From the NCBI GenBank assembly GCA_964489065.1, contig CAZAXH010000001.1:21106-85105 (forward strand): a DNA stretch of 64,000 nt, given 5' to 3'. The stretch is from an uncultured Planctomycetales bacterium (lineage in GTDB: Bacteria > Omnitrophota > Gorgyraeia > Zapsychrales > JANLHA01). Position numbers and translations under genes: made by a program. Below, piece by piece: positions 10,201 to 19,901 of this stretch (position 1 is the first letter of the stretch; each line of letters opens with the position of its first letter). The notes under the pieces are model-generated. The model had not been told where the DNA came from, did not search any database, and was given only the letters and a program-made list of their open reading frames with translations.

Positions 10201-10977
10201 TTACTTCGCCGCCTCCAGAAGCTGCTGTGTATAACTATGGCGGGGATGCTGCAAGACCTCTTCCACAGGGCCTCCTTCCACGACTTCCCCCGAGGAAAGA
10301 ACCACCATGTGGTCCGCCAGGCTCCGCACCAGCCCCAAGTCATGGGTAACAATCAAAACCGTCAACCCCAGTTCATCACGGAGTTTCTTAAATAACATCA
10401 AAATCCTAGCCTGGACAGTCACATCCAGATTGCTCGTGGGCTCATCGGCAATAACGAGCTTGGGGCTGGCCGCGATCGCCTGGGCCAGCATCGCCCGCTG
10501 ACGCAACCCCCCGCTCAACTGGTAAGGATAGGACTGGGCCACACGCCCCGGGTCCCTGATTTCCACCTGCCTTAAAAGCTCCTCCACCCGCTCTTGGCGC
10601 TGCACCTTGGTCAAACCCGTATGGAACTGCAGGACTTCCTCGATCTGAGCGCCGATACGGAACACAGGGTTAAACGCATACAAGGGTTCCTGAAAAACCA
10701 TCGCCATCTGTTTCCCCCGATACCCCCGGAGGGCTTCCTCCGGCAAAGATAAAATATCCTGTCCCCCAAAATAAATCCGCCCCGAAACGACGCGGAGCCC
10801 CGGAGACAGCAGACGCATGATCGCCAGCCCGGTCGTGGTTTTCCCACTCCCGGAGCCCCCGACCAATGCGGTAATATTTTTCTCCGGCACCGAAAAACTG
10901 ACATGATTGACGATTGTTTTACAACCCTGTCCGGCTTTCGCGTCAATAGTCAAATTCTGAATATCCACCAGCGCCAT
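10201..10977 (-). CDS. Peptide ABC transporter ATP-binding protein (OppD/DppD-like)
   Basis: Walker A GGSGSGKTTTG and LSGGLRQRAMLAQAIA signature. The ORF opens at 11082, but the plausible start is MALVDIQNL at 10977. Confidence 0.8.
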   Translation of the reverse strand: MALVDIQNLTIDAKAGQGCKTIVNHVSFSVPEKNITALVGGSGSGKTTTGLAIMRLLSPGLRVVSGRIYFGGQDILSLPEEALRGYRGKQMAMVFQEPLYAFNPVFRIGAQIEEVLQFHTGLTKVQRQERVEELLRQVEIRDPGRVAQSYPYQLSGGLRQRAMLAQAIAASPKLVIADEPTSNLDVTVQARILMLFKKLRDELGLTVLIVTHDLGLVRSLADHMVVLSSGEVVEGGPVEEVLQHPRHSYTQQLLEAAK

Positions 10978-11023
10978 CGGTCCGTCATCTCCTCCCCGGC
11001 TGAAATCCAAGGTTATCGTGAAT

Positions 11024-12124
11024 TTACAGAGTGTCATCCACCCGGAAATGCGGGTCCAGGCAATCCCGCAGGGTGTCGCCAAGCACGTTAAAACACATGA
11101 CAGCCAAAAAAATAAAAAAGCCGGGCAGCAAAATCCACGGCGAAAAATTAATCTGGATGATCCCCATGGCTTCAGACAACAGGTTCCCCCAAGACGCGTA
11201 CGGATCCTGAATGCCTAACCCGATCAGGCTGAGCGCGGATTCAGCCAGAATATACCCCGGGATGGACAGCATAATCGCAATAATAGAATAAGAAAGCGTG
11301 TGCGGCAAGACATGCCTGACAATGATGCGAAAATCCGAAAGCCCCATCACCTTCGCGGCGAGGACAAATTCCCGCTCCCGGATGGAAAGGCACATCCCGC
11401 GGATAATCCTGGCCAGGCTCGCCCAGCCGATAAAAGACAGGATCACAACGATGGAAAAATAAACCTGAACGGAATTGAAATCCGCCGGCACCATGGCCCG
11501 CAGGGCCAGCAAAAGATAAAACCCGGGAATCATCATAAACATTTCGCAGACCCTCATGAGGATATCGTCGACGCGGCCCCCATAATAACCGGCAATGCCT
11601 CCGACAAGCAACCCGATTGAGAACGAAATCGCCACCCCCAATAAGCCGATAGAAAGAGAAACCCTCCCGCCGTAAACGATGCGGGAGAACAAGTCCCGTC
11701 CGCGCGCATCCGCCCCCCAAAGCATCAGGCGACCCGGCGCGTCAACCCCGAACAAATGCCGGGACGCCGGGATCAAGCCGAGGAATTGATAGCTGTCCCC
11801 TTTAACCCAAAATTTCAAAGGATATTTCTCCTCTGTGTTTATGACATGGCTCCTCTTATGATATTCATCGAACGCAATCTTCACCCCATACACAAACGGC
11901 CGGGTCAGCCGCCCCTGCTCATCCAGAACATGGATTGTCATCGGAGGGCAGTAAGAGTAATTCCGGTCCTCGTTCTGATACGAGTACGGACTGACCAGGT
12001 CGGCCAGCAAAGCGCCGGCGTAAAACACCCCTAAAATAATCAAACAGCAGGCCGCCCAGGGATTTTTTTGAAAACTCCGTAGGCCGCCGGGCTGCAAAGC
12101 CAGGGATTGTTTATCTTTACTCAT
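11024..12124 (-). CDS. Peptide ABC transporter permease (OppC/DppC-like)
   Basis: BPD-transport permease with an EAA-like loop region. The start is chosen at the internal MSKDKQ (12124), giving an ATGAGTAA-type overlap with the upstream stop. Confidence 0.8.
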   Translation of the reverse strand: MSKDKQSLALQPGGLRSFQKNPWAACCLIILGVFYAGALLADLVSPYSYQNEDRNYSYCPPMTIHVLDEQGRLTRPFVYGVKIAFDEYHKRSHVINTEEKYPLKFWVKGDSYQFLGLIPASRHLFGVDAPGRLMLWGADARGRDLFSRIVYGGRVSLSIGLLGVAISFSIGLLVGGIAGYYGGRVDDILMRVCEMFMMIPGFYLLLALRAMVPADFNSVQVYFSIVVILSFIGWASLARIIRGMCLSIREREFVLAAKVMGLSDFRIIVRHVLPHTLSYSIIAIMLSIPGYILAESALSLIGLGIQDPYASWGNLLSEAMGIIQINFSPWILLPGFFIFLAVMCFNVLGDTLRDCLDPHFRVDDTL

Positions 12125-13085
12125 ACCGAATCCTCGGGTCCATGCGGGCCAGGAGAATGTCCGCCAGCAGATTTCCCAGCAAAAACAAAACACTGCCCAT
12201 CATAAAACTGGCCATCACCAGATAAATGTCCTTAGACCGGACCGCCGTCAGCATCAGTGCCCCCAGCCCGGGCCAGCTGCAGATAATCTCCAGTAAAGCC
12301 GCCCCGCTTAAAAGATTGGCAAATTCATACCCCAGAAGGGTGATGAGTGGGTTGACCGCGTTGCGCAGCGCGTGCCGGTAAATCACCCGGCTTTCCGGCA
12401 AGCCTTTGGCCCGGGCCGTGAGAATATACTGCTGGCGCAGGACCTCAAGCATATTCCCCCGCATGATCCTTTGCAAAGCCCCGATGGACCCGACGGACAA
12501 AGTGACCGCCGGGATCGCCAGGTGCCGCAGCAAATCCCAGACCTTCCCGGCAAAACCCAGGTCATCATACTGCGCGCTATGCATCCCTCCCAAAGGGAAA
12601 AATCCGGTCCGGCTGGCCCAAAACAACAACAGCATCGCCAGAAAAAAACTGGGTGTCGCTAGTCCTATGTACGACAACAATTGAATGACACGGTCGAACC
12701 AGCGGTTGTGATGAACCGCGGCGATAATCCCCAGGGGAATCGCGATGACCCAAGTCAAGACGATACTGCAAAACGAAAGGACAAACGTGTTCCAGAGACG
12801 GCCGGTGATCAGATTCACCACGGGTACGTTGTAATAAAAAGAATAGCCGAATTCCCCCCGCAACAGGTTCCACACCCACTGTTTATATTGGACCAACACC
12901 GGCTTGTCCAACTGATACATCTGAATATAACGGTTAATCGTTTCCTCGGAAATCTGGGGATCAAGCCGAAGCATGTCATAAAAACTCCCGGTCGTCTTCT
13001 GCATGAGAACAAAAGTCAAAAGGGTCATCATCAGCAGCAAGGGCAAGGACACGATAAGGCGCCGGATGACGTAACGAAGCATCAT
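12117..13085 (-). CDS. Peptide ABC transporter permease (OppB/DppB-like)
   Basis: 322 aa. MMLRYVIRRLIVSLPLLLMMTLLTF is the typical OppB/DppB N-terminus, with six transmembrane segments. Confidence 0.85.
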   Translation of the reverse strand: MMLRYVIRRLIVSLPLLLMMTLLTFVLMQKTTGSFYDMLRLDPQISEETINRYIQMYQLDKPVLVQYKQWVWNLLRGEFGYSFYYNVPVVNLITGRLWNTFVLSFCSIVLTWVIAIPLGIIAAVHHNRWFDRVIQLLSYIGLATPSFFLAMLLLFWASRTGFFPLGGMHSAQYDDLGFAGKVWDLLRHLAIPAVTLSVGSIGALQRIMRGNMLEVLRQQYILTARAKGLPESRVIYRHALRNAVNPLITLLGYEFANLLSGAALLEIICSWPGLGALMLTAVRSKDIYLVMASFMMGSVLFLLGNLLADILLARMDPRIRYE

Positions 13086-14857
13086 GGCCGGCCCTCCTTT
13101 AAAATATAAATCTCTTCAATGTTATGAAAAGCTCCCGCATAACTCGACGGCTTTAAATTCCCGAATTTATTGCGCACGGCGAAGATATTACTCCCCAGGA
13201 TCGTGTAAATAAACGGCAATTCCTCCGCCACGATTTTCTGCCATTCATCATAAAGAATTTTACGTTTGTGATCATCCAATTCCTGCACACCCGCGGCGAA
13301 GATTTCGTCAATCCTTTCTTCCCATTCCGTGGCGGGAGTTTCCTGCCCCGGATACCACATGTGTAACTGCCCGCTGGAATCCCAGACATTTTTCCCGAAA
13401 TGCGGCTCCACCCCGCCGGTCAGCCCCAGGATGATGGCGTCCCAGTCATACGTGGCGTTCAGCTTGCTGACCAGGGAATTAAATTCAAGGGCCAAAAAAT
13501 TCACCTTCATCCCCAGCGACTGCAAATCATGCCGGATAATCGCCGCGATTTGAACCCGTTCCGCGTTATTCGAATTCGTAAAAAGGTTGAACTGGACGGG
13601 ATTCCCGGACGTGTCTTCCAAAACCCCGTCAGCATCCCTGTCGATAAAGCCGTTTTTCGACAGAAGCTCCCTCGCCTTGTCAAGATTATAATCATACCGG
13701 GTGACCTCGGGATTATAAAAGAACCCCGCGCTGGGGCTCAAGGCTCCGTCCTGCGGATAGCCGAGCTGATTTTTGAGAATATCAATCATCCGCGCCTTGT
13801 CAATGGCATGAGCCACCGCCCGCCTGAAATCCGGGTTCCTGAACCAGGACAGCTTAACAGGATCGACAAACGGGGACCCTGTTTCGGGGTTCGTGCCCTG
13901 GTTCTGGTTGAAAACCAAAAAATTGGTTCCGAAATTCGGCCCCGCCTCATAAATCGTAAAATCCTTCTCGGCCTCCAGGGGCTTCAGCAAAGGATAATCA
14001 TTGCCCCGGCTTATCACACAATAATCTATTTCACCATCAAAAAATTTAAGGATTTCCACATCCTGGTTCTGAACAATCAAAAAAATGATCCGGTCTAAAT
14101 AAGGCAAGGCGTCCCCCTCGGCCGACCGCTGCCAATACCGTTCGTTCCGCTGCAAAACAATCCTTTCCCCCGGGCGGTATTGTGCAAGCTTAAACGGCCC
14201 GGTTCCGACAATATCTTCCGGAGGCGTATCAATGCCCCAGGTAAAATTGAACTTGCCGTCCCTTACCGCATGGAGAAGCCGGTGCTTCGGCAGGATCGGC
14301 TGCCCCATGGCCCGCAGGAAAGGAGCGAACTTCACCGGGAGATGGAACTGCACGGTATAGTCATCAAGTTTCAGGACGTCAAACGGTTTATCCTCAATCG
14401 TAAAAATATCCCGCGAAGAGGTGGGCACCGTGTCATTGTATATCAGATCATTAAAGGTAAAAACCACATCGTCCGCGGTAAAAGGGTAACCGTCATTCCA
14501 AAGGACGTCTTCGCGCAGATAAAACGTCCAGGTCAAGCCGTCTTCGCTGACTGCCCAGTCCCGGGCTAAAAAGGGTTCCACCTGAAGAGTAAATGCGTTG
14601 GTTTTGGTGAGCCCCTCAAAAATAAGAGAGGTGACAAGAGAAGAGGAGGTTTCTTTCGCGACGATATCATTAAAAGATTTCGGATCAGACACGGTGGACA
14701 AAACCAGCGTCCCCCCGTGTTTTTCCGTTAAAGGAGGGTCTGCGGCAGGGATTAAGCCGGGGCAAGCCAAGAGAAAAAAACAGCAAAACAGGAAACGCCC
14801 TATCCTTTTCAGGAAAGCAGTCGAAAAAAAACACGTTGTGAATGAGTATTTTTTCAA
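13082..14857 (-). CDS. ABC transporter substrate-binding protein, family 5 (peptide/nickel)
   Basis: 591 aa with an N-terminal signal peptide. The size and the position at the head of the oppBCDF-ordered operon fit a family-5 solute-binding protein. Confidence 0.75.
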   Translation of the reverse strand: MKKYSFTTCFFSTAFLKRIGRFLFCCFFLLACPGLIPAADPPLTEKHGGTLVLSTVSDPKSFNDIVAKETSSSLVTSLIFEGLTKTNAFTLQVEPFLARDWAVSEDGLTWTFYLREDVLWNDGYPFTADDVVFTFNDLIYNDTVPTSSRDIFTIEDKPFDVLKLDDYTVQFHLPVKFAPFLRAMGQPILPKHRLLHAVRDGKFNFTWGIDTPPEDIVGTGPFKLAQYRPGERIVLQRNERYWQRSAEGDALPYLDRIIFLIVQNQDVEILKFFDGEIDYCVISRGNDYPLLKPLEAEKDFTIYEAGPNFGTNFLVFNQNQGTNPETGSPFVDPVKLSWFRNPDFRRAVAHAIDKARMIDILKNQLGYPQDGALSPSAGFFYNPEVTRYDYNLDKARELLSKNGFIDRDADGVLEDTSGNPVQFNLFTNSNNAERVQIAAIIRHDLQSLGMKVNFLALEFNSLVSKLNATYDWDAIILGLTGGVEPHFGKNVWDSSGQLHMWYPGQETPATEWEERIDEIFAAGVQELDDHKRKILYDEWQKIVAEELPFIYTILGSNIFAVRNKFGNLKPSSYAGAFHNIEEIYILKEGRP

Positions 14858-14929
14858 AACCTGTCAAAGGGCTTAAAATAACGGTTTCAGCTGCGGCACG
14901 CAGAACACATCCGGGGCCAAAAAGGCAAT

Positions 14930-15274
14930 TTATTGAGCCGTCGCCGGCCCCGGTTTTTGCGGGACCGCCGCCTGGGGTTCGCTCTTCTCCATAGGGATAT
15001 TCATCGTCTTCATCCGGCCGACGTCCTGCATCAAGGAGCGCTCTTTCTTCGAGTTCACATACGCCAGGCTTAAATTGGTCACAAGAAAAATAGCCGCCAG
15101 GATAGTTGTGGCGCGCACCATAAACTCGTTGGTCCGCGCTCCAAACATGGACTCGGCAGAAGCAAAACTTTCGGTCAATCCCCCTCCCCTCCCGGACTGC
15201 ATCAGAATAACCGTAATCAAAAGAACCGCCGTCAAAACATGAATCACAATTAGTAACACACCCATAATCAGCAC
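14930..15274 (-). CDS. secG: Preprotein translocase subunit SecG
   Basis: MLIMGVLLIVIHVLTAVLLITVILMQSGRGGGL is the SecG signature, with an extended Pro/Ala-rich C-terminal tail. Confidence 0.8.
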   Translation of the reverse strand: MLIMGVLLIVIHVLTAVLLITVILMQSGRGGGLTESFASAESMFGARTNEFMVRATTILAAIFLVTNLSLAYVNSKKERSLMQDVGRMKTMNIPMEKSEPQAAVPQKPGPATAQ

Positions 15275-15275
15275 C

Positions 15276-16043
15276 TCATTTTTTTATATCAATACTATTT
15301 TTTACAATCAAAGAAAAAGAATCGCTTTTCAGGCTGGCTCCCCCCACAAGCGCACCGTCAATATCCGGTTGGGACATTAAGTCCTTGGTGTTTTCTGGCT
15401 TAACGCTCCCGCCGTATTGAATGCGTATGCCCGCGGCACACTCTGCCCCGAACATCTTGGCGAGCAGGTCCCGAATAAACTTGTGAACCTCCTGGGCCTG
15501 CTGAGGCGTCGCTGTTTTGCCCGTCCCGATCGCCCAAACCGGCTCGTAAGCGATAATAATTTTCCGCATCTCGTCTTTGGTTAACCCTTTCAAAGACCCC
15601 TCACACTGAGTCCGGATGACGTCCATCGTGCGGTTCTGCTCCCGCTCTGCGAGGCTCTCCCCGATGCAAACAATAGGCAGCAAGTCATGTTTAAGGGCCG
15701 CCCGAATTTTCTTATTGACCGTTTCATCGGTTTCCCCGAAAAACTGCCGCCGCTCGGAATGGCCGATAATAACATACGTTGCCCTCAAATCTTTCAACAT
15801 GGGGGCTGACACTTCCCCGGTAAAAGCACCGCTGTCTTCCCAATAGAGATTCTGTGCCCCAATCCTGATATTGGACTCATCCAGGGTATCGCGGACGTCC
15901 GCCAAAGCGGTAAAAGGCGGACAAACAACCATATCCACCTCGGTTACATCGGCAACCGCCCTTTTCAGCAAATTAACCAATTCAATAGCCTCCAAGGAGG
16001 TTTTATACATTTTCCAGTTTCCAGCAATAATAATTTTTCTCAT
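15276..16043 (-). CDS. tpiA: Triosephosphate isomerase
   Basis: 255 aa. The N-terminus IAGNWKMYKT, the IGHSERR motif and the AYEPVWAIGTG active-site loop are present. Confidence 0.9.
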   Translation of the reverse strand: MRKIIIAGNWKMYKTSLEAIELVNLLKRAVADVTEVDMVVCPPFTALADVRDTLDESNIRIGAQNLYWEDSGAFTGEVSAPMLKDLRATYVIIGHSERRQFFGETDETVNKKIRAALKHDLLPIVCIGESLAEREQNRTMDVIRTQCEGSLKGLTKDEMRKIIIAYEPVWAIGTGKTATPQQAQEVHKFIRDLLAKMFGAECAAGIRIQYGGSVKPENTKDLMSQPDIDGALVGGASLKSDSFSLIVKNSIDIKK

Positions 16044-16078
16044 AAGATTATCCTTTAGTTCCCTGTCGAATAAGATGT

Positions 16079-17269
16079 TTACGCATTGTTTAAGACCGCC
16101 ACCCCGGGGAGTTCCTTCCCTTCCAGAAATTCCAGGGAAGCGCCGCCACCTGTCGAGATATGCGTCATACCGGCTTCAACGTTAAATTTGGCCACGGCGG
16201 CCGCCGAGTCCCCGCCCCCGATAATGGACGTGACTCCTTTAAGCCCGGCGATATATTCCGCAATACATTTAGTCCCTTCCGCGTAAGCATCAATTTCAAA
16301 AACCCCCAACGGACCGTTCCACACGATCGTCTTGGCTTTTGCCAGCACTTCTTTGAACTTCCGGCGGCTTTCCGGTCCGATATCGACCCCCTGCCATCCG
16401 TCCGGAATTTCACCCGCAACCGTCTTTCGTCCTTCAGGTTTATCAAAATCTTCCACCACAATAAAATCAGATGACAGGACCATCTGCACCCCCGTCGCCT
16501 TGGCTTTGTCCAAAACCGCCTTGGCGGTAGAAATCTTATCCTCTTCCAAAAGGGAATGGCCGATATTCTTCCCCTGGGCCTTCAGGAACGTATACACCAT
16601 GCCCCCGCCGATAATAAAAGCGTCCGCCTTGGGCAACAGGTTTTCAATAAGGGCGATCTTATCGGAGACCTTCGCTCCGCCAAGAATAATCACAAAAGGC
16701 TTCTCCGGGTTCTGCACGGCTTTCCCAAGATAAGTGATCTCTTTCTCAAGCAGGAACCCGGCCACTGACGGGAGATAGGCTGTTATCCCCGCGGTCGAAG
16801 CATGGGCGCGGTGCGCGGAACCGAAGGCATCATTCACATACACGTCCGCCAGAGAGGCGAGTTGTTTGGAAAATTCAGGATCATTTTTCGTTTCTTCCTT
16901 ATGGAAACGCAAATTTTCAAGCAGGATCACCGGCTCAGAGCTCGTGTTCACGGCCGCTTGGACCTTCGGGCCGACACAATCATCCAACTTCAAGACCTTT
17001 TCGCCCAAAAGTTCCGCCAATCGCTTCCCCACCGAAGTTAACCGCATAGATTCAATCACTTCCCCTTTAGGCCGGCCCAAATGGCTCATAAGAATCATTC
17101 TTGCAGGCTTTTGTTGCAGAATATATTGCAAAGTAGGCAAAGCGGCCCTGATGCGACGGTCATCAGTGATTTTAAGATCCTTATCCAAAGGGACATTAAA
17201 ATCCACGCGGACAATGACTTTCTTCCCTTTAAGCGCAACATCTTTGACCGTTTGTTTTTTCATCCCCAA
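16079..17269 (-). CDS. pgk: Phosphoglycerate kinase
   Basis: 396 aa. RVDFNVP N-terminus, with GGGASLE and GKELPGV C-terminal motifs. Confidence 0.9.
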   Translation of the reverse strand: MGMKKQTVKDVALKGKKVIVRVDFNVPLDKDLKITDDRRIRAALPTLQYILQQKPARMILMSHLGRPKGEVIESMRLTSVGKRLAELLGEKVLKLDDCVGPKVQAAVNTSSEPVILLENLRFHKEETKNDPEFSKQLASLADVYVNDAFGSAHRAHASTAGITAYLPSVAGFLLEKEITYLGKAVQNPEKPFVIILGGAKVSDKIALIENLLPKADAFIIGGGMVYTFLKAQGKNIGHSLLEEDKISTAKAVLDKAKATGVQMVLSSDFIVVEDFDKPEGRKTVAGEIPDGWQGVDIGPESRRKFKEVLAKAKTIVWNGPLGVFEIDAYAEGTKCIAEYIAGLKGVTSIIGGGDSAAAVAKFNVEAGMTHISTGGGASLEFLEGKELPGVAVLNNA

Positions 17270-17370
17270 CCCTCTTTCTTTAAAGATACTATAGATTATT
17301 TAACTAAAATAACTTATATATTATACTCACCAAAGCTAATTTGTCAATGAACTGGTTCCGAATGGACAGA

Positions 17371-18852
17371 TCAGTCCTGGCCGACTTCCCCCACGTGGAT
17401 GGAAACGATAACCATACCCATGACAAACCAAAACAGCGTATTCAGCTGAACCGAATACAGATTCGTGTCAAAAAAACTCTGCACGAGAAACCCCGAAAGC
17501 CCGGTCAGCCCCCCCATCGCCAAAGACAATAAAAACCGGTCCTGCACCTTCATGATCCGGGACCAACTCCACCACAGGAAAACCAAAAGCAGCCACAGGA
17601 AGCTGGCCAGTCCGACAAGCCCGGTTTCAGCGGCCATGTGCAGATAACAATTATGCGGATATCCTCCCCAATTAATCCGGTAGCGGGGAGCAACCTCAGA
17701 GTAAGTATTGAGCCCGGCCCCAAACAGCGGGTAATCCTGAATAATCAAAAGCGCTTCCTTCCAAAAATTAAACCGCCCCATGCTCTTGCCCACGATAACT
17801 TCAAACGCTGTCATAACCTTATTAAACACAGACCAACACCGTGTTGTCTCCCGTTCCTCTTCATGAGCAGGAACAGACAGCGCTGCAGGGGAAGGTTTGC
17901 TTTCATCCGCAGGCAAAATGATTGTTTTCACATCCTTCGGCTGCATGACAATTCCTTTTGTGTCATATACTCTCAAATTTTTTCCCCGGACTTTATACAG
18001 TTGAGGATGGAAAATAACAATAAAAAGCACACACACGCACAACAACAGGAAGAAAGCCCTGCGCCGGAAAAAAGACAAACCTAACGTCGCCACGATAAAT
18101 CCCAGCCAGGCGCCCCGGGAAAACGTCAATCCCAGGCTCCATAGCACAGTCACGAACAAAAAACCCAACCAAACCCACACAAAAACACACCGGGGCAGAG
18201 AATGTCCTGAAGAGGCGCCCTTTTGACCGCGCCGCAAAAGCAGGTCAAAAATTCCGGCAAGGATAAAAGATAATATAATGCTGCTGGCCACAACAAGAAA
18301 CCCGCCAAAATCGTTGGGGTGCTTAAAAGAGGATGTCACCCGGGCCTGTTCCACGATCTCGAAGCCGCGCACGAAGCCGCGCCCCGTCCAGGATTGGTAT
18401 AATGCGTCAAGGGAGGTCAGGGTGACGGACAGGAAAAAAGCGGTCACCACCATTTTTAAATGCTTCCGGGTGGCCATCGTCGCGCAAAAGGCAAACAAAA
18501 GAATTAACCCCTCACTCAATTTAAAAAATAATGCCTCAAAACTTTTCAGGGGATACTGGCTTGTCACGGTCGATACAACATTCGCCGCCAGGAAAATTCC
18601 GCAGGCATAGATAAAAGCCCTTCCGGGGAACGGAACCATTCCAGGGAGAGACATCCCCGGGGGAAGCCCGGGACCGTTGCCCTTCCGGGATCTTAATAAC
18701 CGGACATACTCTCTCCCCGCCAGGAACAAATAGCCCCATATAATTAAAGTCGCAAAAATCTCCACTAAACTGATCGATATTGGAAGAAAATACGCCAGGG
18801 CATAAAAAGAATAAGGGATCCCCCGTTCGCACCATCCCGGGAATTTCTGCAT
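17371..18852 (-). CDS. O-antigen ligase / polymerase family (Wzy_C domain) membrane protein
   Basis: 493 aa, polytopic. Conserved motif ...LFGAGLNTYSEVAPRYRINWGGYPHNCYLHMAAETGLVGL... characteristic of the WaaL/Wzy_C family. Confidence 0.7.
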   Translation of the reverse strand: MQKFPGWCERGIPYSFYALAYFLPISISLVEIFATLIIWGYLFLAGREYVRLLRSRKGNGPGLPPGMSLPGMVPFPGRAFIYACGIFLAANVVSTVTSQYPLKSFEALFFKLSEGLILLFAFCATMATRKHLKMVVTAFFLSVTLTSLDALYQSWTGRGFVRGFEIVEQARVTSSFKHPNDFGGFLVVASSIILSFILAGIFDLLLRRGQKGASSGHSLPRCVFVWVWLGFLFVTVLWSLGLTFSRGAWLGFIVATLGLSFFRRRAFFLLLCVCVLFIVIFHPQLYKVRGKNLRVYDTKGIVMQPKDVKTIILPADESKPSPAALSVPAHEEERETTRCWSVFNKVMTAFEVIVGKSMGRFNFWKEALLIIQDYPLFGAGLNTYSEVAPRYRINWGGYPHNCYLHMAAETGLVGLASFLWLLLVFLWWSWSRIMKVQDRFLLSLAMGGLTGLSGFLVQSFFDTNLYSVQLNTLFWFVMGMVIVSIHVGEVGQD

Positions 18853-18857
18853 ACAAA

Positions 18858-19886
18858 TTATCCTTGCTTTTTATGGAAACTCTTTTGCCCGTAAAGCTGC
18901 CGTTCCACCAGCTTCAGATCCGCATCCACCATCATGCGGACCAATTGTTTAAAATTAACGCGCGGCTTCCATTTAAGCTGACGCCGGGCTTTAGAACTGT
19001 CGCCGACAAGAAGATCCACTTCCGTCGGACGGAAATATTTCTTATCGATCACCACATATTTTTTCCAGTCCAGCGCCTGATAAGAAAACGCTTCGTCCAG
19101 GAATTCCCGGACCGAACGGGTTTCCCCTGTGGCGATCACATAATCATCCGGCTTATCCTGCTGCAACATGAGCCACATCGCTTCCACATAGTCCCCGGCA
19201 AACCCCCAATCCCGTTTGGCATCCAGGTTCCCCAGATACAGTTGATCCTGCACGCCGTGCTTGATCCTGGCCAGGGCCATGGTAATTTTCCGGGTTACGA
19301 ATGTTTCTCCCCGGCGAGGGGATTCATGATTGAACAGGATGCCATTACAGGAAAAAATATTATAAGCCTCCCGGTAGTTTACCGTCATCCAGTACGCATA
19401 GACTTTTGCGGCCGCATAAGGGCTCCGCGGATAAAAAGGAGTTTTTTCCGTCTGGGGAACCGCCTGAACTTTTCCGAACATCTCACTGCTGGAGGCCTGG
19501 TAAAAACGGGTTTTAATCCCGGAATCCCGGATCGCTTCCAAAAGCCGGGTCGTTCCCAGGCCCACGATTTCCCCGGTATATTCCGGGACCTCGAAACTCA
19601 CTTTCACGTGGCTCTGCGCTCCCAGGTTATACACTTCATCCGGCCGGACCGTGCGCATGATGCGGTTCAAAGAACTGGCGTCATTCAAGTCACCATATAA
19701 CAATCGCAGCTGCACGTTTTTTTCATGGGGGTCCTGATAAAGGTGATCTATTCTGGACGTATTAAAGGTACTGGAACGGCGGATCAGCCCGTAAACTAAA
19801 TACTTCTTTTTTAATAAAAATTCCGATAAATACGCCCCGTCCTGCCCGGTAATTCCGGTAATAAGAGCGACTTTCTTCCTCGCCAT
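18858..19886 (-). CDS. gmd: GDP-mannose 4,6-dehydratase
   Basis: 342 aa. [34 protein letters not shown]-terminus, a [19 protein letters not shown] catalytic region, and C-terminal features typical of Gmd. Confidence 0.88.
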   Translation of the reverse strand: MARKKVALITGITGQDGAYLSEFLLKKKYLVYGLIRRSSTFNTSRIDHLYQDPHEKNVQLRLLYGDLNDASSLNRIMRTVRPDEVYNLGAQSHVKVSFEVPEYTGEIVGLGTTRLLEAIRDSGIKTRFYQASSSEMFGKVQAVPQTEKTPFYPRSPYAAAKVYAYWMTVNYREAYNIFSCNGILFNHESPRRGETFVTRKITMALARIKHGVQDQLYLGNLDAKRDWGFAGDYVEAMWLMLQQDKPDDYVIATGETRSVREFLDEAFSYQALDWKKYVVIDKKYFRPTEVDLLVGDSSKARRQLKWKPRVNFKQLVRMMVDADLKLVERQLYGQKSFHKKQG

Positions 19887-19901
19887 AAGTTCCCTCCTGG
19901 T

